Below are positions 12,253 through 26,417 of a stretch of DNA of 64,000 nucleotides, one piece after another. Source of the DNA: Tubiluchus corallicola. Its lineage: Eukaryota > Animalia > Priapulida. The notes under the pieces were generated by a model. That model was given only the letters and a program-made list of their open reading frames with translations, had not been told where the DNA came from and did not search any database. Positions within the stretch are counted from its first letter, which is position 1; each line of letters begins with the position of its first letter. Where the stretch lies: positions 191,492 to 255,491 of the forward strand of contig JAQGDQ010000340.1 in the NCBI GenBank assembly GCA_030141605.1, given 5' to 3'. A program made the position numbers and the translations under genes.

Positions 12253-12553
12253 TGTGTGTGTGTGTGTGTGTGCGTGTGCGTGTGCGGAATGTAGTCAAAG
12301 GAAAGCGGAGCGATACGTTTGACACCAGGTTGGCTGGCAGAGTCAGTGAGCATGCTGCACTGGTCCGCCTTCGGGGCTTTACTCCTGTACACATGGCCGT
12401 TGGGTCACTTGACCTCCTCCGCCCTCTAGGGCATCGCACAAGTCTACAGCACCCGATGTTCGGTCACCCATCCAAGTACTAACCAGGCTCTGCGTTGCTT
12501 AACTTCGGTGATCAGATGAGAACCGGTGTTTATAACGTGATATGGCCGTATAC
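12253..12553 (-). mobile_element. Candidate 5S-derived SINE (SINE3-like): 5S head, about 155-bp body, (CA)n tail
   Basis: The 5S head continues into a GC-rich body that ends in (CA)n/(CACACG)n at 12253-12285. No TSD found. Confidence 0.55.
12440..12553 (-). pseudogene. 5S rRNA-derived sequence (pseudogene or SINE3 head)
   Basis: Minus strand reads GTATACGGCCATATCACGTTATAAACACCGGTTCTCATCTGATCACCGAAGTTAAGCAACGCAGAGCCTGGTTAGTACTTGGATGGGTGACCG-AACATCGGGTGCTGTAGACTT, matching metazoan 5S. It lacks the CCTGGG segment and has no oligo-T terminator. Confidence 0.9.
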
Positions 12554-12889
12554 CCACATTCAAACAAATTGTACGAAAGTACGCCAACACAGAACTCCCC
12601 AAGGAGCTTTGTTACAGTACGCACAGACTTTCCGACAAAAAAGAAACATGCCTATGAAAGGATCTCTTTAGAAAACGCGGGTCTCTCAGATCTGTCGAGC
12701 GAATGTCATCAAATCCTTATCACCGATGACCTCCGTTGCGTGCGCGCGTAGCTTTATTTTATAACCATCGCAACCTAGTTCCTTTAATGAATCAGATGTC
12801 AGGGCTACTCCGATGAATGATGACAGATAATGGGCTGATATTAGCATTATAAAGCTTTGGAGCAATCACAGAGCTTTGAGGCGCGAGAA

Positions 12890-13113
12890 AGAGCCAAATG
12901 GTTACGGTTTGTGTTTAGCTATTAAAATTAAGCACCATGTGGACTGGTCAGTGAATGGATAGGTGGTCGGTAGTCGTTTTGCGTGATTTGTGGCTATAGA
13001 GGGAAGAGGACAAATTCAGATCCGCTAATCAGATCCGAATGTGGCTAAGATCCTCTCTACCAGTTCAGTGCCTCAGCTTGGTAATCAGTAGGTCCCAGTC
13101 CCGCCACAATGTC
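12890..13113 (+). mobile_element. SINE-like element, copy 1 (tRNA-like start plus 5S-like internal segment)
   Basis: Shares atccgaatgtg(g/a)ct.aga...ccagttcagtg.ctca with 45489-45730. Internal ttaagca...ctggtcagtgaatggataggtggtcg resembles the 5S internal control region. Confidence 0.5.
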
Positions 13114-13139
13114 TGACATGTTTCCATATCAGTAATCAC

Positions 13140-13830
13140 AGGTAATTCGATCACATGTAAGCAATGATTGACCGACCCATTACCATATCACTAATCCCTG
13201 TTATCTAAATGCATGTGACCTGTATACCACTGGCCCATTTTCATGTCCCTAATCACGTGACCTAAATGCATGAGACCGGTAACCCATTAGCACAGTTGCA
13301 TGTCCCTAATCACGTGATCTAAATGCATGTGACCTGTACACCACTGGCCTATTCGCATGTCCCTAATCACGCGGCGTCCTTGATGCTTGTGGCCTGTAAC
13401 CTACTGACCCATTTTCATGTCCCTAATCACTTGATTTAAATGCATGTGACCTGTAACCCACTGTCTCACTTCCACATCACATCACTTCTCACAACTGATC
13501 TGAATCCATGTGATCCATAATCAACTGGCCCATGTCAATCACACTAATCATATGTACATATTAAATGGCACGTGACCCGTGAAATGACACGTGACCCATG
13601 ACCTTCTTACCCATTTCCATATTAGTAATCACAAATTAGCTGTGAGCTAGTGGAAAGTAATCTATGACTTTCATTTAGTGTAAATTAACATTGTTAATAA
13701 CAAAGTAACTTATATGCGTGGAACTCGTCACCCGCTGACCCAATTCCACATCACAAATCACGTGTTTTCTGTTAATGCATGTCGACCCGCGACCCAGTGA
13801 CCCATTTCCGTGTCACCATTATCACATATG
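13140..13830. repeat. Degenerate tandem repeat of about 57 bp
   Basis: Recurrent taaatgcatgtgacc and catgtccctaatcac motifs at 56-60 bp spacing. Confidence 0.8.
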
Positions 13831-13896
13831 ATATAATAATATAATAATAATAATAATTTCGTTCAGGACATAGTCCAAAGATAATACCTTAAGTAA

Positions 13897-14038
13897 CTCA
13901 GTGCTTTACTTCGATAAAGACGCGTGCTTTGTCGAAGAACCAGCGGTACCATTTTTCAAATCTTTGATAGTACTCGGTCGAGGGTTGAACCCACGACCTC
14001 CCAGGTGGGAAGCGAGCACGCTGCCATTGAGCTACGCC
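13897..14038 (-). mobile_element. tRNA-derived SINE
   Basis: Minus strand reads GGCGTAGCTCAATGGCAGCGTGCTCGC...GGTCGTGGGTTCAACCC (A and B boxes), followed by CAAAGATTTGAAAAATGGTACCGCTG. Confidence 0.75.
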
Positions 14039-15409
14039 ATAATTGCATGCTGAATGAAAAACAAAATTTCCGTTTATACAGTCCAGATACATTTTTTCTT
14101 TTGTTTGTTTTAAGTCAACAGCGATTTCAAGGAAAAATCAACTTTTCAGAACTTTACAACATGACAACATGCTTTTTAACAGAACATAAAATGCAGTTTT
14201 CTTCCTGTAAAAAGGAATAATGTCTTCATGATCTACTAAAATGCTGATAGCACTAATTTAACCATTAATTTACTTTTCTGCTTTGATTAATTATCATATT
14301 TACAATCTAGTAATAAGAAATAAGAAAAAAGAAAAGTTTTTCCAACTAGTCACACGCATGTGCATCACGAAATCTGCCACATCATTTATTATTTTAATAA
14401 CATAATTAATCAATTATGAATGAAACATTCGTTCATTAGTCGATACTGTACTCTTTCAATTAGAATTTAGGAAAGGTACTGGGTGCCAAGAAACAGGTGA
14501 GTTCCTTTTACTAGAAAAAAATATACGAAAACTAACAAACCTTTCAGAAGGAGTATTCATTTTAATTTTGAATAAAAAAGATTTATTTTAAGATCTGGGC
14601 GCCGGAGCCTTTTGATCTTTCTCAAGAAGGGTAGTGCAGGTGCAGAACTTTGCCTTTTTGATGGAAAAATGTGTGGTTATTCATGATCCAACATGATATA
14701 CATGAATATACATGATATACATGAAAACCTGCATCTATTATTCATTTTTATTCGTTTTAAAACGAATATGTGAGAGCCAGGAGGGAATTGGGTGCCTTAG
14801 ATATACCCTAGAGAAATTTGGGTAAACAAAATGTGTCCTTTTCACAAATGCTGCCCAGCAATGTAATTTGTTTTCGGCGCCCCTGATCTGGTGCTGCCAC
14901 CATTCAAAATTACAGGTTATTAATCAAAGCGAAAAACATCGCAGGAATTTCTCAGAGACTAAAGCCATGACTCATTTTTCAATAACTTTGCCGATCTTCG
15001 ATTTCTGGGTTTATAAAGGGTTTATAAGAAATGGAAAAATAAATTAATTTATTAGAAAATTAGGAAAAACTGGTAAAACATGTGGTTATGCGTACATGTA
15101 TATGAACGTGATACTTTTAGTTTGGAGGATCCATGATTTCTTAGCACCCTGTGTTCTTACAAATTTAAAAGTACAATCAAAAGTCACCAGCTAAATAACT
15201 TATTTAAATTAAACCATAATTAATGTAAGCTCCACGTAAACAGAAGTATGCTTATGTACTTAAACACTAAACTTCTTTCACCAGATATATGTTATTACTA
15301 ATGTTTTTAGTTAATCGTTTTAATAACTCTATTTATGTTGTAAATTATTAATTATTTCACAAGGTAAAGTTCTTGTCATTTGTACATAATTTTAAATGGT
15401 AATCTTTAA

Positions 15410-16065
15410 AGCACAAGAAAAGAGGCACCTGATGTAAGTTTGAGAAAAATCGCCTTGAAAATTATACTACTTTACAGCAACTTTATGCGTATATCATATT
15501 CCCGTTGGAAAGAATTTTCGTTTGTTTTCATTTTGAATCTCTCGCAATACTGTTCTGACGGCACCATTACATGACGTCACTACGCCACGTAAATCAGCGG
15601 AAGAAAAGGCAAATTATGACTCAAAAAACTTTCCGTGCAAATCTATATTACTTAGCATTTCACTTACCTGAGGGAAAGACTTATGTAACTAGACGAATAA
15701 TTTAAAACGTTTGTGCCAATTGGTAAAACGTCGCTGACTCACCCTCCAGGGTGCGCCACACACTAGCCAAAAACATATTTTTAATCTTACTGACAAGATA
15801 CAGTAATTTAAAATTTTAGTTAATTAGCAAGATGTATGATGATACGAATGCTCTGATTATTTTTTCAAACTTTACTTAATGTTATCAAAACTTGTTTCAA
15901 AAGACCTACCATTAAAATGGCTGCGCCTAACGGTCATCGCGGGAGTTTAAATTTACAAGTTTTTTACAGCGTGACTGCCGATGCAAGCCATGCACATGAA
16001 AATGCAGTATGTAACTGATATAAACTTTCGAGACGGATTTTTTTAGTGGATGATTTTCTTGTGCT
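15410..16065 (+). mobile_element. Kolobok-like non-autonomous DNA transposon, family A copy 1
   Basis: TTAA|AGCACAAGAAAA ... TTTTCTTGTGCT|TTAA. Internal homology to 18520-19184 and 48816-49428. Confidence 0.85.
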
Positions 16066-17319
16066 TTAAATTTATGCGTTTTAAAAATAAATTATTGGCA
16101 GCAAAGTGATTTGGGTTTCTAATTTTCATTTATATCAATTAGTATAATAATAGAATTGTATCAACTACCTACTGAAATGTAACGACAAGTTTTTTTATTA
16201 ATGCTGCTTTCTTCCATTCTTCTTTGTTTCGTCCATCTTTTCTCGGTTCTCATTTGTTGTTTTTTCTCTACTGCCGCTTTTGTCAAGGAAGAAAAGAGGA
16301 GACGTGCACGAAAGAAATGACTCTCTTTTTGGTCTGCACAAAATCTACGAACCACTTTGAAATGGTATCAATTTTTGAAGAGATTGTTGAAAAGAAAACG
16401 TATAAAAATTTCATATGCTGTATCTACGTGCAAGTGACACAAGGATCGGTGCGTCTATTAAACTTTATTGCGGTTTTTTGCCATCCGTGAGGAAACTCGC
16501 TGTTGCCATGCTGTCGGTTTCTTCTTCTTTTTAATGAAACCAGTCATCGTTTTTGTTGCGCCACACAACCGTAGTAACTATTGCAGAATATTCTTTTTTT
16601 CTGTAATGTAGAACAATCATTTTAATGATTATTATATTAAATTTAACGATTAATATAATAAATATATTGATTATTATAACTTATACCATAACACGTATAT
16701 GTACAAGACATACTACAACTTGTTTCCCACTGCCCTTACAACTCCAATTATTAGGGGGTGAGCATTCTCTATCAGAAAGCGAATTCGAATCGAACCGAAT
16801 TTGTGACTTTCGAATTCCAGCCGAATTCGAATTGAGATTGAAAGATTTTCGAACAAGTTTTCGAACCACCAGCAAAAATTGGTCTTACAAAGATCATGCA
16901 TATTATTCGATTTTGTTCTGCAATAAAACGACTAGTAATTTCTTTAAAATTGTGTGCAAAAATCGCAGCTAAATTATGCTAATTACATGATCTTTCAATC
17001 GTTTTAGTGATAAAGAACGTGTGTGATTGAAGTGCTGAATTATTCAAATCTATAGTTTTGGAATATCATGTCCCTCACTGTCGTACTAATAGTGCCAGGC
17101 ACTTTATTAAATTCACTGCCCCCAACAACTGAAATAAAATAAGTGCCCAAGTAAAAATACACAAAACTATTTATAGTTTCAAAAAGTGCTTGAAAAGAAC
17201 CATTTTTGATTTTTACTTATAATGATGCTTCTATGTCTCATGCAGTCGCAATGTATGGCCTCCAATCGATTATAATACTATAGCGCGATGTAAATTAAAC
17301 ATACACTGTGGTCGTTTCG

Positions 17320-17595
17320 TCTCCTCCCTTCCTTCTTCCTATCCCTAATCTTATTATTTTCCCATTCCATCATGTCTACTAACCCCAACCGTTCTTTCAT
17401 TCACGCATCTTTCCCTCCTTTCTTTCTTCTTATCCCTAATCTTATTATTGTTTTTCAATCCATCGTGTCTACTAACCCCAACCGTTCTGCATTCACTCAT
17501 CTTCCCCTCCTTTCCTTCTTCTTATCCCTAATCTTACTATTGTTTTCCATTCCATCATGTCTACTAACCCTAACCATTCTTTCATTCACTCATTT
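17320..17595. repeat. Tandem repeat of about 91 bp, 3 copies
   Basis: tccctaatctta recurs at about 17342, 17433 and 17525. Confidence 0.85.
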
Positions 17596-18074
17596 GTGCC
17601 AGCTGAACAAGCCAAGCTTTCAAGGTGGCATACAGCAACTCTTTTACTTGGTTAATTTGACTTCATCAATGTTTTTACATATACTGTTTATGTCTTTATA
17701 ATAAAATTGTATGTTGATGTATTGTATATGTATTGCTGGCGTAAAATAATTTGATTTGATTTGATTACTTGATAATTTGATTAAACGCATTGATTAATAT
17801 ATAATAAGAAAATTACAGACTAGAATAAACTGTGACAGGGCACTACAACTCTCACTGCAGCTACCACCATGGCTATGACCACACCAGCGGCTACAATTGA
17901 CTCTCCTCCTGACCATAACAGTGACCATGACTGTGACCAAATCCACGACCATGGCTATGACCATGACCATCACTATGACCATCATCGTGACCAAACTATC
18001 AACCTGACCATGACCAGAACTATAACCATCGCCCTAACTACGATCACGAGTATGACCATAGATATGACCGCACA

Positions 18075-18225
18075 ATGACCATGACTATGACTATGACTAT
18101 GACTATGACTATGACTATGACTATGACTATGACTATGACTATGACTATGACTATGACTATGACTATGACTATGACTATGACTATGACTATGACTATGACT
18201 ATGACTATGACTATGACTATGACTA
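18075..18225. repeat. (ATGACT)n microsatellite
   Basis: Directly visible, with a degenerate ATGACC flank upstream. Confidence 0.95.
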
Positions 18226-18519
18226 TTGCAATGAGTAATGACTATAGTTCTGTGTAAAAAACAACTGCTACACACACGATAAAGGATTTTTATATAAAAT
18301 TGATGGATTAGACCGATAGACAAAAATGCCGGTGATGTTCAATTATTTACCATTCATAATGATAAAGCAGTTTTCATGTTCGTCTGACAATGATGTGACG
18401 TGTTTACATTTGTATAATGAAGCCATGCAAAATTGCAAAATTTTCACCAGGCTAACCACATGTTATAGCACGGCGACGACGTGCAGTGGGGTAATACAAA
18501 AACGACTTCTTCCGTTTAA

Positions 18520-19184
18520 AGGACAAGAAACAGGGCACCTGAAGTTGGTTTCAGAAAAATCACCTTAAAAATCATACTACTTTATAGCAATTTTATGCGT
18601 ATATCGCATTCGCGTTGAGAGGAATTTTTGTTTGTTTCATTTTAAATCTCCCGCAATAATGTTCTGACAGCGCCATTACATGACGTCACTACGCCAAGTA
18701 AATCAGGGGAAGAAAAGGCAATGTTAAATATGACCCAAAAAAATTTACATGCAAATCTATATTACTTAGCATTTCGCTTACCTGCTGGAAAGACTTATGT
18801 AACTAGACTAATAATTTAAAATGTTTGTGCCAATTGGTAAAATGTCGCTGTCTCACCCTCCAGGGTGCGCCACTCACTAACCAAAAACGTATTTCTAATC
18901 TACTCACAAGATAATGTAATTTAAAATTCTATTTAGTTAGTAACATGTGTGCTACGCATGCGCTGATGATTTTTTCAAAATTTACGCAATGTTATCTAAG
19001 CTCGTTTCAAACCTCCTACCATCAAAATGGCTGCGTCCAACCATCATCGCCGGAGACTAAATTTACCAGTTTTATACAGCGTTACTGCCGACGCAAACCC
19101 TGCATGCAAAAATGCAATATGTAAGTAGTATAAAACTTGAAGACGAATTTTTTTAAGTATGTAAGTGAAGAGATTTTTTGTGCT
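18520..19184 (+). mobile_element. Kolobok-like MITE, family A copy 2
   Basis: TTAA|AGGACAAGAAAC ... TTTTTTGTGCT|TTAA, colinear with 15410-16065. Confidence 0.85.
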
Positions 19185-19719
19185 TTAACTTTGGGAATGA
19201 AAAAGCGAATCTTCAGTAGCTTAAAGCGAAAACAGAGATACCAGTTTCGCAGCGGACCAGATAAGTTCTTTATGATTCCTTCGCCCTAATTCCAAATATC
19301 CAATAAACAGAAGTGTGTATTGCACTTATTTGTATTTACTGTATTTAACCTTGACTAAACAAACGTGACATTTCCTCAGACTCTCTTGGATTATCATATC
19401 TTCACGTTACAGTATTAGGTTGCCAAATGTACACATCACAGTACGGATTTATCAAATGTACACATCACAGTACAGATTTATCAAATGTACATTACAGGTA
19501 CTAAATTACCATATGAGCGCATTGCAACAATAGATTACCATATCATCACACAACCACATTACAGAACTGAATTATCAATTCTCCACATCAAGTACTGAAC
19601 ACAAAATCTCCACATTCCAACATTACATTACTGGATTAAAAATCCTTGAACTACAGTATTAGATCATTATCTCCATATTACACAAGAACCACGTTCCACA
19701 TTACTGGATTACTACAACT

Positions 19720-20820
19720 TCGCATTACAATATTGGGTCAACAAGTATCCACGTTACAATACAGGATTACCATATCTCCACATTACAATATTGGGTTAAC
19801 AAGCATCCATATAACAGAACAGGATTACCATATCTCCACATTGCAATATTGGGTTAACATGTATCCACATTACAATACAGGATTACCATATCTCCACATT
19901 ACAATATTGGGTTAACATGTATCCACATTACAATACAGGATTACCATATCTCCACTTTACAATACAGGTTTACCATATCTCCACATTACAATACAGGATT
20001 ACCATATCTCCACATTACAATACAGGATTACCATATCTCCATTTTACAATACAGGATTACCATATTTCCACTATACAATACAAGATTACCATATCTCCAC
20101 ATTACAATACAAGATTACCATGTATCCACATTACAATACAGGATTACCACAACTCCACATTACAATACAGGATTAGCATATCTCCACATTACAATACAGG
20201 ATTACCATATCTCCACATTACAATACAGGATTACCATAACTCCACTTTACAATAGATTACCATATTTGGTTTCACGTTACAATACAGGATTACCATATCT
20301 CCACATTACAATACAGGATTACCATATCTCCACATTACAATACAGGATTACCATATCTCTACATTACAATATTGGGTCAACAAGTATCCACGTCACAATA
20401 CAGGATTGCCATATCTCCACATTACAATACAGGATTACCATATCTCCACATTACAATACAGGATTACCATGTCTCCACATTACAATATTGGGTTAACATG
20501 TATCCACATTACAATATAGGTTTACCATATCTCGACATTGCAATATTGGGTCAACAAGTATCCACGATACAATACAGGATTACCATATCTCCACATTACA
20601 ATACAGGATTACCATACCTCCACATTACAATACAGGATTACAGTATCTCCACATTACAATACAGGATTACCATAACTCCATTTTACAATACAGGATTACC
20701 ATAACTCCATTTTACAATACAGGATTACCATAACTCCATTTTACAATACAGGATTACCATATCTCCACATTACAATACAGGATTACCATATCTCCACATT
20801 ACAATACAGGATTACCATCT
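19720..20820. repeat. 29-bp minisatellite (caggattaccatatctccacattacaata)n
   Basis: More than 30 copies, interspersed with a ttgggtta/ttgggtca variant. Confidence 0.95.
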
Positions 20821-21206
20821 ATTCACATAACAGAACTGGGTTGCCACACTTCTTCATTACAATATCGGACTAATATCCTTTATGTAACATTGTTATGATA
20901 ATTATTTTTATCACTTGTATGAATTAACTGTTACTTCTTCTGTACCCTCGCACCATTATGTTCCTATGTACGTGGATTTTGTCTCCAGCAAACGTGTTTG
21001 TCTGTTGATTCAACCTGTTTTGTTTATTTGTTGCTGGTGCATTATTTGTTTGTGTAATATTAGCTCAATAAACAAACAAATATCTAGATTGCAGTACTCG
21101 AGTACCATACCTCCATAATCTAAATCTCCACATTGGAGGGCTGGATTACCTTATCTCCACGTTATTGTACTGAATCACAACAACTTCACATGATCAAATT
21201 TCTTAA

Positions 21207-22768
<1,562 letters not shown>

Positions 22769-22877
22769 GGCCGATTATCACGTTGGCGGAGCCGTTGCTG
22801 TTACCGTATGCAATATCTGAAAGTGAAAACAACTTTGGCTAAAATTTGGCTGCCTACATGGCAAGTATTTACTATGC

Positions 22878-22878
22878 T

Positions 22879-22920
<42 letters not shown>

Positions 22921-23325
22921 GCTGTTGTAGTGACTGTCGTAATCATTCTCATTGTTCTTCTGGTTGTTGCTGTTGTTGCTGTAGCTATCGAATTTGTTAT
23001 CATTGTTATTGATGTTGTTGTTCTAGTTGTTGTTATTGTTGCTCTTGATGTTGTTGTTGCTGCTGTTGCAGTCACTGTCGTAATCATTCTCATTGTTCTT
23101 CTGTTGTTGTTGTTAATGTTGTTGTTGCTGCTGCTGATGTTGCTGTTGCTGGTGCTGTTGCTGCTGTTGTTGCTGCTGTTGTTGTTGTTGTTGTTTTCCT
23201 TATCGTTGTTGTTGTTGTTGTTGTTGTTGTTATTGTTGTTTTTGTTTTTGTTGTTGCTGCAGCTGCTGTTGCTGTTGCTGTTGTTGTTGTTGTTGTTGTT
23301 GTTTTTCTCATTGTCGCTGTTGCTG
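22878..23325. repeat. Imperfect (GTT/GCT)n microsatellite
   Basis: Directly visible. Confidence 0.9.
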
Positions 23326-23565
23326 GCGCCGTAATCTTTGCCGCCGTCATATCATCGTCGCTGTTGTCATTATTCTTTTCGAATAAAGGGTCCCCTCTCG
23401 CATCATATTTATAGGAATACCTATTTTCCATATTTTTGCATATTTTTACAACCGACATGCATTAGGTGTATAATAATTGCCCGTTTACGCCTGCAGTCAT
23501 AATTAAACTGCTTTTAACTCTAACTGGAATTCGGGTCATCAAAATGGGAAATAAAAATTTTGCTT

Positions 23566-23707
23566 NNNNNNNNNNNNNNNNNNNNNNNNNNNNNNNNNNN
23601 NNNNNNNNNNNNNNNNNNNNNNNNNNNNNNNNNNNNNNNNNNNNNNNNNNNNNNNNNNNNNNNNNNNNNNNNNNNNNNNNNNNNNNNNNNNNNNNNNNNN
23701 NNNNNNN
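23566..23707. other. Assembly gap (run of N)
   Basis: 142 N characters. Confidence 1.
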
Positions 23708-23747
23708 AAAAGGACAGCCGCATTTCACAGCCGTCTCTGTGAATCCC

Positions 23748-24600
<853 letters not shown>

Positions 24601-25039
24601 TTTCATTCAGAATCGCTTCCGATTGAATTAGATTGGTTAAACTAAAAAAGCTTCGTTCACACTGAATCTGGATTCCCCATGGCCCCATCCACTGTTGTAG
24701 ACCAATACACATCCACACGGAAACTCCTCTTCCTCCGTCGACCCACAGCAGTTACAATCGTCAATAAAACGGCGATGCTTAATCATCCATCCATCCTAAT
24801 GGAATCATTAGCCAATAAAACCGTCCTCCAATAAAACAGCTTTGTGGTTATTACGACTCTGTTTCATAGTTCATTAAATTATTATTACTAAATTTTACCT
24901 CGCAGCCACTTAACTCATAAACAGTCAAATAAAATCCGAATCGACGGCCGAATCGTAGAGTGTAGTACAGTGCAGAGGTTAGCTTTATCGCCTTTCTTTT
25001 TTGCTCGCTGTTTCCCTCCCTCTCAACCGAACACAAGGG

Positions 25040-25490
25040 GAAGAAAAGGGAATTTTAAATTTCATCCCAAAAACATCACTTACAAAGTTATAACTTAGCA
25101 TCACGCCTACCTGTTTAAAAGACTTATGTAACTGGAAAAGAAAATTCTTAATAATTTAAAATGTTCGTGCCAACTGGTAAAACGTCACTGTATCACAAAC
25201 CCAGTGTGCACCATTGACTCACCAAAAATATAATTAACCCTCTCTGACAACATAAAGTGATTTGCACGTTTGCTTACTTATTGAAGAGTGTGCTACGAAT
25301 GCTCTGATAATTTCCTCGAACTTCACTCAATGTTATTTAAACTTGTTTCAAACCATCAAAATGACTGCACCTAACGGTCATCGCGAGAGTTAAAATTTAC
25401 AAGTTTTATACAGTGTTACTGCTAACGCAAGCCCTGTGTGCAGTAAGCCAGTATGTAAGTGATATAAAATTTCAAGACGGATTTTTAAGC
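25040..25490 (+). mobile_element. Partial, diverged Kolobok-like family A copy
   Basis: Shares gacttatgtaact, caactggtaaaacgtc and cctaacggtcatcgcg with 15410-16065. Termini not seen. Confidence 0.7.
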
Positions 25491-25612
25491 GCTTACCTTA
25501 AAAAATCGTTAAAATTAAAAGAAGTAAAGCCGTGCATTAAAAGACTTTCTTGTTCCACAAATGTGGAAGTTCTACGTGTTCTACCCATATTCCCGTTTTC
25601 TTTTTCAATTAA

Positions 25613-26051
25613 AGGACAAGAAAATGGCCAACCAAAGTAAGCCTCAGAAAATTGACAATAAAAATTATGTCACCTAAGTATAATCTTAAACGAACAAAGT
25701 ACTCGTTTACTCCAATTTTTGTAAAATATTTCAGCTGTTGCAATAAACGTTGGCGCAGACATGTTTCATTTAGTCCGCCAATTGAAAAGTCAGCACGTGA
25801 CTGATCACGTGGCATGACATCACTCGAACACAGTCGCAGTGAGTTCTGAGCACGTGTACTATTAAGATTTGTGTTCTGGTTCTGCGACGCCATCTAATAT
25901 GGCGCCGCCGTTACAGTCTCGCGGGAGCATTTAATATGAAAACAAACAGGAAATTCTTTTTAACGTTAGTATGATAAATGATTAAGATTGCCTCTAACCG
26001 TTATAATTCTTTAGCGAAAGTTTTCTGAGACTTGCTTTAACTAGGCCTTTC
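25613..26051 (+). mobile_element. Kolobok-like MITE, family B copy 1 (right end truncated)
   Basis: TTAA|AGGACAAGAAAATGGCC start. Reverse-complement homolog of 48019-48473, giving near-identical ORF translations at 25609-25893 and 48182-48364. Confidence 0.8.
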
Positions 26052-26417
26052 CACGTTTTTAAGACAGTAAGCTCCTGCTTAAGTTCCAACCGGTAGCCTT
26101 TATAGACAGAAAATCAGAAGAACAGACACCGAAGTGCCTGATAACAGACAAACTTCAATTTGTGTAAGAAATTTAAAGTTTTGTTGCCTGCTATATCTTT
26201 AACACAAGTCCAGGAACTAAAAATGAAACGCTTACACAGTCATTTTAAATGACACGTCACACTTTTTAAGAAAATTTTTAAAAATTTCAAGTAAATGATC
26301 ATCTTTGACAATTTATTGCTAATACGATAGTTGTAAAAGTTATGTGCGTGTGAGTAAAGAATGTGTTAACCTGCTGAGAAACTAAAAACAGATGATAACA
26401 CCGAGATTACTCAATAG

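Noticed and set aside
12440-12553. Functional 5S rRNA gene
   Set aside because: Internal 6-nt deletion, several substitutions, no T-run terminator and no tandem array.
13970-14038. tRNA genes here and at about 9655, 12043, 49522 and 61388
   Set aside because: A and B boxes are present, but acceptor and anticodon stems do not pair properly; these fit SINE heads.
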